A DNA stretch of 64,000 bases from Candidatus Moraniibacteriota bacterium (GTDB lineage: Bacteria; Patescibacteriota; Minisyncoccia; Moranbacterales; UBA1568). Below the pieces are notes generated by a model. The model was not told the DNA's origin, did not search any database, and worked only from the letters and a program-made list of their open reading frames with translations. Position 1 is the stretch's first letter. Each line of letters opens with the position of its first letter. Of the stretch, positions 29,542-39,579 are shown piece by piece. The position numbers and the translations under genes were made by a program. The stretch is from NCBI GenBank assembly GCA_016699385.1, contig CP064974.1, positions 404,466-468,465 on the forward strand. The letters run 5' to 3'.

Positions 29542-30303
29542 ATGAACTGGATCGGATTCAAAACTATCTTCATGAAAGAAGTCGGGCGTTCGAAAGACGT
29601 TATCATACAAGCGTTCCTCTCGCCTGTCATTACAACACTCCTCTATTTCCTCGTTTTTGGAAGCGCAATCGGCGGAAATATACCGCCAATTCACGGTGTA
29701 CCCTACGACCACTTCATCGTGCCCGGACTCATCATGATGGCGCTCCTCATGAATTCCCTCATGGCAGCATCAAGCGGTATCTATTTCCCACGCTTCATCG
29801 GTACGATGAGCGACCTCCTCACGTCCCCACTCTCCTACCTCGAAATCGTCATGGGTTTTGCTCTTTCTGCCGCCGCTCGCGCTCTCGCGATTGGCATCAC
29901 GATATTTATCATCTCGTGGATTATTACGGGCATCACCGTTGCACATATCATCTTTGCGCTTCTTTTCGGACTCCTTACTGCCCTTACCTTTGCCATGCTC
30001 GGGCTCGTCCTTGGTATTTGGGCAAAGGACTTCGAACAGCTCAGCATGGTGCCAACACTCCTCCTCACCCCACTCACCTTCTTGGGCGGCATATTCTACT
30101 CAGCAAGCATGCTCCCACCACTTTGGCAAAGTGTCACCCGAGCAAACCCCGTATTCTACATGATAGACGGCCTCCGCTGGGGATTCTTCGGCGTTTCGGA
30201 TACCAACCCCTGGATAAGTGTCATCATAACCAGCGCCATTTTCATGCTCTCCGTCCTCATCCTCCGTCGCATGTTCCAGACAGGATACCGATTGAAGAAT
30301 TAA
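29542..30303 (+). CDS. ABC-2 family permease
   Basis: Six TM helices. The start was moved to MNWIGF after the ATPase stop. Confidence 0.75.
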   Translation: MNWIGFKTIFMKEVGRSKDVIIQAFLSPVITTLLYFLVFGSAIGGNIPPIHGVPYDHFIVPGLIMMALLMNSLMAASSGIYFPRFIGTMSDLLTSPLSYLEIVMGFALSAAARALAIGITIFIISWIITGITVAHIIFALLFGLLTALTFAMLGLVLGIWAKDFEQLSMVPTLLLTPLTFLGGIFYSASMLPPLWQSVTRANPVFYMIDGLRWGFFGVSDTNPWISVIITSAIFMLSVLILRRMFQTGYRLKN

Positions 30304-30304
30304 G

Positions 30305-31123
30305 CTACTTCACCAGTTCGTGTTCGCGGGTTGCGAAGACGCGATTGGTGATAGGCGTGTCGCCGACGAGCGTGCCATCGACAAGAGAGAGCATGCGCTT
30401 GCCGTGGCGAGCGGTCGTCGACTCGTGTGTGACGAGGACAATGGTTTTCCCTTCATCGTTCAGTCTCTGCAAAATCGCCATGACGGCAAGTCCTGATTTG
30501 GAATCGAGATTGCCCGTCGGTTCATCGGCAAAGATAATATCCGGATTATTGACAAGGGCGCGCGCAATAGCGACTCGCTGCATTTCTCCACCTGAGAGCT
30601 GATTGGTAAAATAGTCAGCGCGGTGCTCCATGCCGACTGAGCGAAGTGCTTCCATGACACGGTTGCGATGTGCCACTTTCCCCATACCAGCCCAGGCAGC
30701 ACCAAGCGAATCGAGAATACTTCTAAACCCACCTGCCTTGAATGCTCCACGGAAAGTTCTTTGATGAATTCCGTACATGTCGTAGAGAAGCGGGAGCTCG
30801 ACATTTTCAAAGACACTTGTTCGCGGAAGAAGATTGAATGATTGAAAGACAAAGCCGAGACTTTTGTTGCGTATTTCGGCAAGTCGGTCAGATGGAAGCG
30901 TACTCGCGTCTTCCCCAGAGAGAAAATATACTCCTGTTGTCGGACGATCAAGAAGTCCCAAGAGATGCATGAGGGTGGACTTCCCCGACCCGGACGGTCC
31001 CATGAGTGCGACAAATTCGCCTCGCTCTATCGAAAACGTCGCACCTCGAAGTGCGATAGTTTGTACTTTTTCTTCTGATACATAGGTTTTGGCAAGATCC
31101 CGACAGGCAATAAGTGATGGCAT
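30305..31123 (-). CDS. MacB/LolD-type ABC ATP-binding protein with an insertion of roughly 30-35 aa between the Q-loop and signature motif
   Basis: GPSGSGKSTL, LSGGEMQRVAIARAL and IFADEPTGNLD are present. The extra segment FRGAFKAGGFRSILDSLGAAWAGMGKVAHRN lies before the signature motif. Confidence 0.85.
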   Translation of the reverse strand: MPSLIACRDLAKTYVSEEKVQTIALRGATFSIERGEFVALMGPSGSGKSTLMHLLGLLDRPTTGVYFLSGEDASTLPSDRLAEIRNKSLGFVFQSFNLLPRTSVFENVELPLLYDMYGIHQRTFRGAFKAGGFRSILDSLGAAWAGMGKVAHRNRVMEALRSVGMEHRADYFTNQLSGGEMQRVAIARALVNNPDIIFADEPTGNLDSKSGLAVMAILQRLNDEGKTIVLVTHESTTARHGKRMLSLVDGTLVGDTPITNRVFATREHELVK

Positions 31124-31135
31124 AACTCACGGAAT

Positions 31136-32446
31136 TCATGGTGTACTTGATACCACTTTCTCTCCTTCGGAAAGCCCTGAACGAATTTCGATCTGACCAT
31201 CATCGCCCCGAAGACCAGTTGTCACCTCGCGATCCTCAGCAGTACCATTTGAAGTCAATACTTTTGCAAATTGCTTCCCGTTTTCTTCGCGCAAGAGTCG
31301 TGAGGGAATCTCGATCACATCGCGTCGTTCATCTATGTGAATATCCGAATCGCCACTCATGCCCGGCTTGAGGCGCGCATCAACCGAGGTAAGGCGGAGT
31401 TTTACGACATAATATACGACATCCTGAATAATCGTTGCATCGGGTTTAATTTCGATTACTTCCGCCGGGAGCACATTTTTCGAATCAAATGCATCAAAAG
31501 AAATATTCGCCGATTGTCCCAATTTCACTTTGGTGATATCGGATTCCGGAACCTTTGCCTCAAGCAAAAGGTCGTGGGAGAGGAGCTTTCCAAATGCACC
31601 CGAAACCGCCGAGCCTACCACTTCGCCCTTTGAAAAGTTCACCTTGGTCACCAGCCCATTGACTGGCGCGGTAATATCCGCCTTCTTTGCACTGGCAATG
31701 GCAATGGCATATGTTGCCTCCGCTGATTGAATGGCGCTCGTTTCAATAGTTGTTTGCGCGGCAGACTCGAGTGTCTGCGTTTTTTCTTGCGCAGCATCCC
31801 AAGAATTCTTGGCATAGCGAATCGAACTCTCTCGATTTTTTTGCGCCGTATCGCGCGCCTCATCCGCTGCTTTCCGAGCATTTGTTGCCGCCGTCAGCGT
31901 GAGTTTTGCACTCTTGGCAGTCGAGCTCGAAGCGCCACTATCAGACACGACCTGATTGTAGTATGATTCCGCATCATCTTCGTAGTCCTTCGCATTCTCA
32001 TAGGCAGCATCGGACGCGCTTACTTTCTGATCCTCCGCTTCTTTCACGGTCTCATAATAAGATTTCAGATTCTTCTCACTTTCTCGCGCTTCACGGAGCG
32101 TATTGTCATTCATACTCGCACCCGCTTTTGCTTGTTCGAGTGCCGCTCTCGCACGAGCCACTTCCCCCTCAAGCGTTGCCGATTCGAGCGTTGCCAGCGT
32201 CTCGCCCGCCGCTACTTTTTGTCCCTCCTCGACCGCGATTGATTTTATGCGCCCGGGTATTTCAAAATTTAAATCGATTTCTTCGGAAGCAACAAGTGAC
32301 ACGCTCGCCGATACGGTTTCCGTGACGTCTCCTCGTATAACTGGTATGGTTTCGTAGTTCGGTGTTACCGACGATTTCTTCCAATACCAAAAACCTCCGC
32401 CAAGAACGAGCACACCGAGAAAAATGAACCATCTTTTGAATTTCAT
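31136..32446 (-). CDS. HlyD-family periplasmic adaptor (membrane fusion protein, MacA-like)
   Basis: An N-terminal TM helix is followed by a long coiled-coil, with lipoyl and beta-barrel regions flanking it. It is directly upstream of the MacB-type ATPase. Confidence 0.75.
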   Translation of the reverse strand: MKFKRWFIFLGVLVLGGGFWYWKKSSVTPNYETIPVIRGDVTETVSASVSLVASEEIDLNFEIPGRIKSIAVEEGQKVAAGETLATLESATLEGEVARARAALEQAKAGASMNDNTLREARESEKNLKSYYETVKEAEDQKVSASDAAYENAKDYEDDAESYYNQVVSDSGASSSTAKSAKLTLTAATNARKAADEARDTAQKNRESSIRYAKNSWDAAQEKTQTLESAAQTTIETSAIQSAEATYAIAIASAKKADITAPVNGLVTKVNFSKGEVVGSAVSGAFGKLLSHDLLLEAKVPESDITKVKLGQSANISFDAFDSKNVLPAEVIEIKPDATIIQDVVYYVVKLRLTSVDARLKPGMSGDSDIHIDERRDVIEIPSRLLREENGKQFAKVLTSNGTAEDREVTTGLRGDDGQIEIRSGLSEGEKVVSSTP

Positions 32447-32460
32447 AGGAGAAATCGTTG

Positions 32461-32880
32461 TCATCGTTTCATTACCGCTTTGTCCAACGCTTCATTGACC
32501 ATGCGATCCGCTTCTTTGTTTTCTTCGCGCGGAACATGATGAAAACTCACCTTCGCAAATTTCGGGATTTCTTCTTGTATAAGTGCAAACCAGTGTTTCA
32601 TATGTGGATGCTTCACGCGATAGCGCCCGGTGAGTTGTCGCATTGCGAGTTCACTGTCCATTCGACACTCCAGATGAGTCTCTTTTGCACGTGCTGTTCC
32701 AATCGTCTCAATCGCTCGCTTCATCCCCGAGAGAATCGCTGCATACTCTGCCTCATTGTTTGTGCCAGTACCCAAGAACTCTCCATATCGAATATCAAGC
32801 GTCTCAAGAAACACACCCAGTGCCGCCGGTCCCGGATTCCCCCGCGACCCCCCATCCGTATACATAATAATTGTTTCCAT
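32461..32880 (-). CDS. rnhA: Ribonuclease HI
   Basis: MYTDGGSRGNPGPAALGV...NNEAEY...EENKEAD are the RNase H catalytic motifs. Confidence 0.85.
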   Translation of the reverse strand: METIIMYTDGGSRGNPGPAALGVFLETLDIRYGEFLGTGTNNEAEYAAILSGMKRAIETIGTARAKETHLECRMDSELAMRQLTGRYRVKHPHMKHWFALIQEEIPKFAKVSFHHVPREENKEADRMVNEALDKAVMKR

Positions 32881-32984
32881 ATATTCAAGTATACCATCTC
32901 TCAGGCTTTACGAAAATAAAAAGACCGCCAAGAAAATGACGGTCGAGATTCCAAAAGTACATGTGTGCAACCCTCCAGTCTACT

Positions 32985-33503
32985 TTAGGTGGGCAGCATT
33001 TTTGCTATTTCCCTAGCGATATTTTTACGATAGGTACGTTCGTCGTAGATAGCGAGCAACAAACGGAACGACCACCGAACTTTAAGCGATTCATCACCGG
33101 AGAGTTCCAAATCTGTCGGTGGATGCCCACGGGCAATACCAACAAGAAAACAGTTGGTGTCATCATGAAAAAGAATACATTGGGCAAATATTCTTGCCTG
33201 CAATAATTCTTCTTCTGAGAATCGCCGGCGAATTGCGGAGATAAGATGCTCATGCTTCTTCATGAAGGCGAAGGCGCCTTCCTCTGAAATCAGCCATAAC
33301 GCCTCATTTTCCGCAAGAGATTTGTCACCGAGGTTCATCGAGCGAATAAAACGCCCAATAGAAATATTCTCCCGAAAAAAGAAGGTGAGGAGCATAATGA
33401 CCGCTCCAAGATAGGGCTGTATATCCTGAAGAAACCACTGAGTTTCCGCTCTTTCTAGAAACCCGTGAACTTTTTTTTCAAACACTTGAAAATGCCTATC
33501 CAT
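32985..33503 (-). CDS. Hypothetical protein
   Basis: 172 aa with no firm motif. A possible H...HDD metal-binding signature is present. Confidence 0.3.
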   Translation of the reverse strand: MDRHFQVFEKKVHGFLERAETQWFLQDIQPYLGAVIMLLTFFFRENISIGRFIRSMNLGDKSLAENEALWLISEEGAFAFMKKHEHLISAIRRRFSEEELLQARIFAQCILFHDDTNCFLVGIARGHPPTDLELSGDESLKVRWSFRLLLAIYDERTYRKNIAREIAKMLPT

Positions 33504-33657
33504 CTTTCGTCTCCTTGAGCTTTTTATGAGCTCTTCACAACGGGATTTTTATAACAAAAAACCACCTATACGGAGGCATGTAATTTGAGCATGTCGGTCG
33601 TTTTGGTAGTTTCCGTAAATTGTGAAGGAACGAAACCCCTTCACTACTACCTTTGTT

Positions 33658-35364
33658 CTAGTCTCCTTCTTGATGAATGTCAAGAAGGCGCCATTCAAGC
33701 CGTGTTGAGCCATTCCATCGATTCTCCTCGAGGTGAAAAACCACATCTACTCGTTCGCCTTTCTGCAGGTTTCCCCATGCCGCTCCCATGCCAAATCCGA
33801 TCCCGCCAAAAACGCCCTTCTCTGTCCGAAAGGAAAACTTGAGATGCTTCCCTTCTTTCCCTACCAGGCGCACCTCATCGACGATGACATCGCGGATGAG
33901 GAATGTCGGCTCCGGATTTCCCATGCCAAAAGGTCCGAGTTTTTTGAGACGAGTCGCGAAATCTGGTGTAATGCAAGCAGAAGAAAGCTCGAGATCAATA
34001 TCGAGCCGAACAGTCATATCTGTTTCGGCAAGCTTCCGATTTACAATCGACTCAAGCTTCTCGGCAAAAGCATCGATGTTTTCGTTGAGAATCGTCGCCC
34101 CCGCCGCCTGACTGTGCCCGCCAAACCGAACCAAAAGCTCGGAACATTCCCCAATCGCTTCAATCATACTGAGCGCCGGAATGCTTCGAAATGACCCGGT
34201 ACTTTCTGCCTCTCCTCGATGAAAAACAGCCGTCGGCTTCCCAAGCTCATGAGCGATTTTCCCAGCAACCAGCCCGGCAACACCAAGCGGAAATTGCTCG
34301 CCTACAGCAAAAATGAGTTTGCGATCATGATACATTGTCTCGGCGAGTGTCCGAACCTCCTTCGCCGATGCCTCACTCACTTTTTGTCGAGATCGATTCT
34401 GTTCTTCGAGGTCAAGCGCCAGGAGCCTCCCCTCGTCGCGCCTCTCGGTCATGAGGAGTTCGTGCGCGGTCTTGGCATGTGCCATACGACTCGCCGCATT
34501 GATACGCGGAGCAATCTGAAACGCAATCGTTTGCCCTGTCGGCAGATGATCCTCATCAATAGGAATTTTCCCCACAGCAAACATCTCCTGCAAACCCACA
34601 TGTCGCGTCTTCGAAAGCACAATGAGTCCATATTTCACAATGACGCGATTCTCTCCGATAAGCGGCATACAGTCCGCGACAGTTCCAATAGCGGCAATAT
34701 CGAGCAGCCATTTCAGTTCATCTATTTTCTCTGGAAGAAAGATTTGATAGAGCGCTCGAGCAACCATAAACGTCGTCCCGGCACCACAGAGTTCGTCGAA
34801 GGGATACTTCGACCCGGGCAGTTTCGGATTGACGATAGCATATGCTGCCGGGAGCTCTTCCGGCACATGATGGTGATCGATTACGATTGTCTCCATCCCG
34901 CGCGAAATCGCATCGCCTATCTCAGCATGATTCATCATGCCGCAGTCGACCGTAAACACGAGTTTCGCTCCGGCTCGCTCAAAGGCGTCGAGCGCATTGC
35001 GGTGTAGTCCATGCCCCTCCGTCAGTTTGTCGGGAATATAAGGAATCACCGAAATGCCGAGACGTTCCAAGACGCGTCGCAAAATAACCGATGATGTAAT
35101 GCCGTCAGCATCATAATCGCCAAAGACGCCAACCTTTTCATGTCGCTCGCGAGCAATACCAATCCGATCGACGATTTTTTGCATATCGTCAAAAAGGAAG
35201 GGGTTGCCGAGATCCGTATCATAATTCGGCGTCAGGAATTTCTTCCGATCTTCTTCGGTCGTCACGCCACGAAGCGCGAGCAATATCTCAATCGGATCAT
35301 TGGTCGACGAAACCCCGCCCGCTCCGCTCGGGAGCGAACATCGTATATTCCACGTATGATTCAT
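33658..35364 (-). CDS. recJ: Single-stranded-DNA-specific exonuclease RecJ
   Basis: DHH motifs (DHHHVPEE, GDYDADGIT) and DHHA1 (GGHSQAAG) are present, with a C-terminal OB region. Confidence 0.9.
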   Translation of the reverse strand: MNHTWNIRCSLPSGAGGVSSTNDPIEILLALRGVTTEEDRKKFLTPNYDTDLGNPFLFDDMQKIVDRIGIARERHEKVGVFGDYDADGITSSVILRRVLERLGISVIPYIPDKLTEGHGLHRNALDAFERAGAKLVFTVDCGMMNHAEIGDAISRGMETIVIDHHHVPEELPAAYAIVNPKLPGSKYPFDELCGAGTTFMVARALYQIFLPEKIDELKWLLDIAAIGTVADCMPLIGENRVIVKYGLIVLSKTRHVGLQEMFAVGKIPIDEDHLPTGQTIAFQIAPRINAASRMAHAKTAHELLMTERRDEGRLLALDLEEQNRSRQKVSEASAKEVRTLAETMYHDRKLIFAVGEQFPLGVAGLVAGKIAHELGKPTAVFHRGEAESTGSFRSIPALSMIEAIGECSELLVRFGGHSQAAGATILNENIDAFAEKLESIVNRKLAETDMTVRLDIDLELSSACITPDFATRLKKLGPFGMGNPEPTFLIRDVIVDEVRLVGKEGKHLKFSFRTEKGVFGGIGFGMGAAWGNLQKGERVDVVFHLEENRWNGSTRLEWRLLDIHQEGD

Positions 35365-35516
35365 AGAAAATGATATTTTTCACTCTTCCATTACCCACCC
35401 TCCACTTTGCAAGGGAAGGTACCTCGTATTCGAGGCGAAGGGGTCTTCCAGATCAGAGCCTCAAACCGAAAACGCCCTCAATCTCCCCATTTTTTTTCAA
35501 GAGGAGGCGGTAAATA

Positions 35517-35870
35517 TCAAAATCGAGCTTTTTCATCCAATGTGAGCTTTTTCTTGATACTACGTGCGCCGCGTCGGGTAAGTGAATCTGCTCGATCTTT
35601 CGTCTCGATAATCTGCCGCGCAATATCATCAATCACCGTATCAGTCGACGCTTCAACACTCTCACTCGTTTCTTCTGCACGAAAGAGTTTCTGTTTCGGC
35701 ACATCCACCATGACTTCGACACGAAACTTCCCCTGCTTATTTCGGTCTACCTCTACTTCCAGTTTCGACGAAGCAAGCACAAGCTTCTCAATACGAAGCA
35801 GTCGCTTTGCTACATATTGCATCGTCTTCCCATCCAATTCCACCCCCTGAAACAGAAATCGCGTCTTCAT
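35517..35870 (-). CDS. hpf: Ribosome hibernation promoting factor (RaiA/HPF family)
   Basis: Family size of about 117 aa, with a conserved N-terminal beta-alpha-beta-beta-beta-alpha pattern. Confidence 0.75.
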   Translation of the reverse strand: MKTRFLFQGVELDGKTMQYVAKRLLRIEKLVLASSKLEVEVDRNKQGKFRVEVMVDVPKQKLFRAEETSESVEASTDTVIDDIARQIIETKDRADSLTRRGARSIKKKLTLDEKARF

Positions 35871-35939
35871 AGGTCAGATATTACGGGATTATTTTCCTCC
35901 TTGAGGATACAGTATAGCATACAATCGAGGGCGAGACTC

Positions 35940-36875
35940 TCAAAATCCGACCATCTGCACTTCTTCTTGGAGGCGGACATTCGCCTCGGTACGAACGCGC
36001 TGCTTGATGAGACTCGTAAGGATGAGGATACTCTCAGCCGTCGCCGTGCCCGTATTGATGATATAGTTTGGATGGATATCACTCACTTTGGCGCCACCCA
36101 CTTCCTTACCACGCAGTCCCACATGATCAATTACCCATCCGGCAGGAAGTTTGTCATCCTTGACAGGCATACCTGTATCGAGTTCGAATTCTTTGCGAAG
36201 CGCTGCATTCGAAACAACAGGATTCATAAAGAATGACCCGGCACACAAGAGACGCTGTGGATGTTTTGTCTCACGCGTTGCAATAGTTTCGCGGATAATT
36301 TTCTCCAAATCATCCGGACGCTGTCCGGGAGTAAACGAAAATGTTGCCGACAAGACAATGAGCTCCGGATGCTTCTTGAAGGTACTCATCCGATAAGAAA
36401 ATTCGCAGGCATCTTTCGAATATTCCCGTATGTCCAATGTGTTGCGGTCGAGTGCTCGAACGGATACCACAGCCGAGGCGGTCTCTGCGCCAAAGGCACC
36501 GGCATTGCCACGAATGGCACCGCCGATTGTCCCGGGTATGCCTGCGAGTCGCTCGATACCACCATAGCCATGATCTTTGGCAGATTCCACCACCGTATGC
36601 AGCGTCACACCTGCACCAATACGAAGTCGTCCCGCGCCATCATCAGCCAATTCACCGATCTCAATCTTTATCACGAGCCCCTCCCATCCACTATCCGAAA
36701 AGAGCACATTGCTCCCACCTCCCAAAACAAAAACGGGCGTTTGTTTCTCCTTCGCCCAGCGAAGCGACTCAGTCACCTCTTCCTCGGTCTTTGCTTCAAC
36801 GAAATATCGCGCCTTTCCCCCAACACGAAAGGTCGTAAGTGGGTGCAAATCGATGTATTCTTGTACGGTAATCAT
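35940..36875 (-). CDS. murB: UDP-N-acetylenolpyruvoylglucosamine reductase
   Basis: FAD-binding N-terminus (TTFRVGGKARYFVE...VLGGGSNVL) and a MurB C-terminal domain are present. The start was moved to MITVQEY. Confidence 0.85.
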   Translation of the reverse strand: MITVQEYIDLHPLTTFRVGGKARYFVEAKTEEEVTESLRWAKEKQTPVFVLGGGSNVLFSDSGWEGLVIKIEIGELADDGAGRLRIGAGVTLHTVVESAKDHGYGGIERLAGIPGTIGGAIRGNAGAFGAETASAVVSVRALDRNTLDIREYSKDACEFSYRMSTFKKHPELIVLSATFSFTPGQRPDDLEKIIRETIATRETKHPQRLLCAGSFFMNPVVSNAALRKEFELDTGMPVKDDKLPAGWVIDHVGLRGKEVGGAKVSDIHPNYIINTGTATAESILILTSLIKQRVRTEANVRLQEEVQMVGF

Positions 36876-36957
36876 AGGAGTAAAATTGTAAAACTCAGAA
36901 TATATTAAGGGGGAAGGTTGCCATTTTAAATCATGCGCCATCCCCCAAAGGGAATAT

Positions 36958-38361
36958 TTACGAAAGAATACCCTTGCCGACTCGCCACACATCCCCCGCA
37001 CCAAGGGTGACCACGAGATCATCTTTTCCGAGAGAATCTCGAAGCGCCTCTATTGCTTCCTCGATGGTTGGGATATTCACTGCCTGATTGTGGCGATATC
37101 GATTCATTAGGGCGACGAGTTCCGCCGACGACACGCCACCTGCCACTTCACGGGCGCTCCCATAAATATCGAGCACGATCACGCGATCTGCTGCGTCAAA
37201 GCTCTGTGCAAAATCTTCAAGCAACGCTTTGGTTCTCGAGAAGGTATGCGGATGAAAAACTGCGACAATATTTCGCTCGGGAAAAAGCTCACGAAATGCG
37301 GAAAGTGTCGCGCGAATTTCTTCGGGATGATGCGCGTAGTCATCATATACCAAAGCACCCTGATATTCCCCCACGTGCTCAAATCGTCGCGCCGTTCCAA
37401 AGAAATGCTCCATGCCTCGACGAATTTCTTCGATATCGAATTTGAGCGCAAGAAGCAGTGTCACAACTGCAGCGGCATTTTGTGCGTTGTGTTTCCCTGC
37501 GAGACGAAGTCGAAAACATCCAAGGTCGCGCTCTCCTTCGAAGAGACGGAATTGCTGGTGAAAGGGTCCTTCGCGAAGCGGTTCGTAGTCAACAATACGA
37601 ATATCATTTTCCGGAAGGAAGCCATACGAACGTTTCTGCGCACGCGAAGATTTCGCGACATCGAGGACAGCTGCGCTGTCCCCCCAAAACACAAGAAAAC
37701 CATGCGACGGAATACGACGAAGCAGGGCGCGGAACGTCTCAACATAAGACGCCACATCTGGGAAAAAATCAGGATGATCCCAGTCGAGACTCGTCAAAAT
37801 CACGCTCCAAGGCTCGTAGTGTCGGAACTTATTCTGATATTCATCTGCCTCGAGCACGAAGTACTCTCCTCCCCCGAGAAGCGCATTGCCACCCCAGCTC
37901 GCGATAGCGCTCCCGACAAGCGAGAGCGGATCGGCGTGCACCGCCTTGAGTGTCTCGGCAAGCAGCGCGCTCGTGGTCGTCTTCCCATGCGTGCCAGAAA
38001 CGAGTATCGAGAGACGCTCTCGTGTAAGTTCACCAACTGCTTCCGGATAACTCATCACGTGCATACCCGATGCCTTACTGCGGGCCACAGCAGCTGCAAG
38101 TTCCGCATTGCCCTCTGGCGTATACGCCGTCGAATAGATAATGAAATCGGCATCATGAGGGATATTGTCCGGAGAAAACCCCTCGGAAAAACGAATACCA
38201 CGCCGACGAAGCACTTCATCGGTAAAGAAATGCTCGCTTGTATCAGAGCCACCGACGAGTAAACCGCGCCCAACGAGAATTTCTGCAAGCGCCGCCATAC
38301 CAGCACCCTTTATGCCAATCATGTGCACTCGTTTCGCATCAGCAAAAGATTTCGGTGTCAT
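36958..38361 (-). CDS. murC: UDP-N-acetylmuramate--L-alanine ligase
   Basis: VHMIGIKGAGMAALAEIL and SGTHGKTTTS (Mur ligase P-loop) are present. Confidence 0.9.
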   Translation of the reverse strand: MTPKSFADAKRVHMIGIKGAGMAALAEILVGRGLLVGGSDTSEHFFTDEVLRRRGIRFSEGFSPDNIPHDADFIIYSTAYTPEGNAELAAAVARSKASGMHVMSYPEAVGELTRERLSILVSGTHGKTTTSALLAETLKAVHADPLSLVGSAIASWGGNALLGGGEYFVLEADEYQNKFRHYEPWSVILTSLDWDHPDFFPDVASYVETFRALLRRIPSHGFLVFWGDSAAVLDVAKSSRAQKRSYGFLPENDIRIVDYEPLREGPFHQQFRLFEGERDLGCFRLRLAGKHNAQNAAAVVTLLLALKFDIEEIRRGMEHFFGTARRFEHVGEYQGALVYDDYAHHPEEIRATLSAFRELFPERNIVAVFHPHTFSRTKALLEDFAQSFDAADRVIVLDIYGSAREVAGGVSSAELVALMNRYRHNQAVNIPTIEEAIEALRDSLGKDDLVVTLGAGDVWRVGKGILS

Positions 38362-38382
38362 AGTAGAGAAGGCAAGAATCAG

Positions 38383-39570
38383 CTAGGCGCGAGTCATCCA
38401 CCGTTGAAATATCGCTCGTATCCGATCAAAAATAGTTTGCTGTGTTTCCTTATCGCGGATAAGTGTCACCAGAGACTCGACAATTCTCACTGAAGCGTCT
38501 GCGTGATAAAACACTCGAAACGAGGACGCCATTTTTTCTCGAAGTGTGGCATCATCCATAAGCTCCTCTATTTTCCCAGCAAGGAGATTCTCTCCGAGAT
38601 TATTTTCCTCAAGAACGAGTGCTCCACCCACTCGTGCAATCTCATAAGCATTCATGCGCTGTTCGTCATTGGCAGCCGACGGAAGTGGAATGAGTATTGC
38701 CGGCTTCCCGACCGCCGCAATTTCCGAAATCGTGTTGGCGCCTGCTCGCGAGACAACCAGATCGGCAAGAGCGAATGCATCGGAGAGTTCGCCAGTATCA
38801 AAGAAAGGCGCCATGTGCAACTTCCCTGCCATATCTCCAAGTGCATGCTCTTCAAGACGCTCGCGCGTTTCGTCGTGATTTGATTGTCCTGTTTGATGAA
38901 TCACAAAGAATCGCTCAAGGAGACGCGGAAGTATGCGCACTATTGCTCGATTCATCGCCTGTGATCCCAGGCTCCCTCCGAGGATGAGGATCGTTTGTTT
39001 CCCTTGCGGACAACCGAAGCGCTCGCGAGCCCGGTCAACATTTCCCAAGAGCAACCCTTCTCGTATCGGATTCCCCGTAATTGCAACTCGTGCCGGTTCG
39101 AAGAACTTCGTCGCCGACGGATACGCAACCGCGATGCGATCGGCAAATTTCCCCATGATGCGATTGGCAACGCCGGGCATCGCATCGGAATCCTGTGTGA
39201 GAATCGGAATCCGATACACCCATGCCGCAAAGACAACCGGTACAGCCGCATAGGCACCCTTGGAGAAGACGGCATCCGGCATATGCACATACAGATAGTA
39301 GAGCGACTGAAAAAAGCCGGCAATATTTCTGAATACATCGCTCGCATTGCGAAGATCGAAATAGCGTCGCCACTTACCGCTCAATATACGAATCGAGGCA
39401 ATGCCCGCCTCACTGATAATCTTTTTCTCAAGCTCGCCTGCCGGACCAAAATAGAGGAGTTCTGTATTCTCGCCGAGCTGTGCACGAAGTTCTTTGGCGA
39501 CTGGAATAAGAGGGAAAATATGACCCCCTGTTCCTCCGCCCGCGAGTACGATGCGATATTTTTTGTTCAT
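38383..39570 (-). CDS. murG: Undecaprenyldiphospho-muramoylpentapeptide beta-N-acetylglucosaminyltransferase
   Basis: LAGGGTGGHIFP is the MurG G-loop, with a GT28 C-terminal domain. Confidence 0.9.
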   Translation of the reverse strand: MNKKYRIVLAGGGTGGHIFPLIPVAKELRAQLGENTELLYFGPAGELEKKIISEAGIASIRILSGKWRRYFDLRNASDVFRNIAGFFQSLYYLYVHMPDAVFSKGAYAAVPVVFAAWVYRIPILTQDSDAMPGVANRIMGKFADRIAVAYPSATKFFEPARVAITGNPIREGLLLGNVDRARERFGCPQGKQTILILGGSLGSQAMNRAIVRILPRLLERFFVIHQTGQSNHDETRERLEEHALGDMAGKLHMAPFFDTGELSDAFALADLVVSRAGANTISEIAAVGKPAILIPLPSAANDEQRMNAYEIARVGGALVLEENNLGENLLAGKIEELMDDATLREKMASSFRVFYHADASVRIVESLVTLIRDKETQQTIFDRIRAIFQRWMTRA

Positions 39571-39579
39571 AGATTGGGA

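Noticed and set aside
29916-30602. 228-aa plus-strand ORF
   Set aside because: Antisense to the MacB-type ATPase. It is Arg/His/Pro-rich shadow translation.
36261-36908. 215-aa plus-strand ORF
   Set aside because: Antisense to murB.
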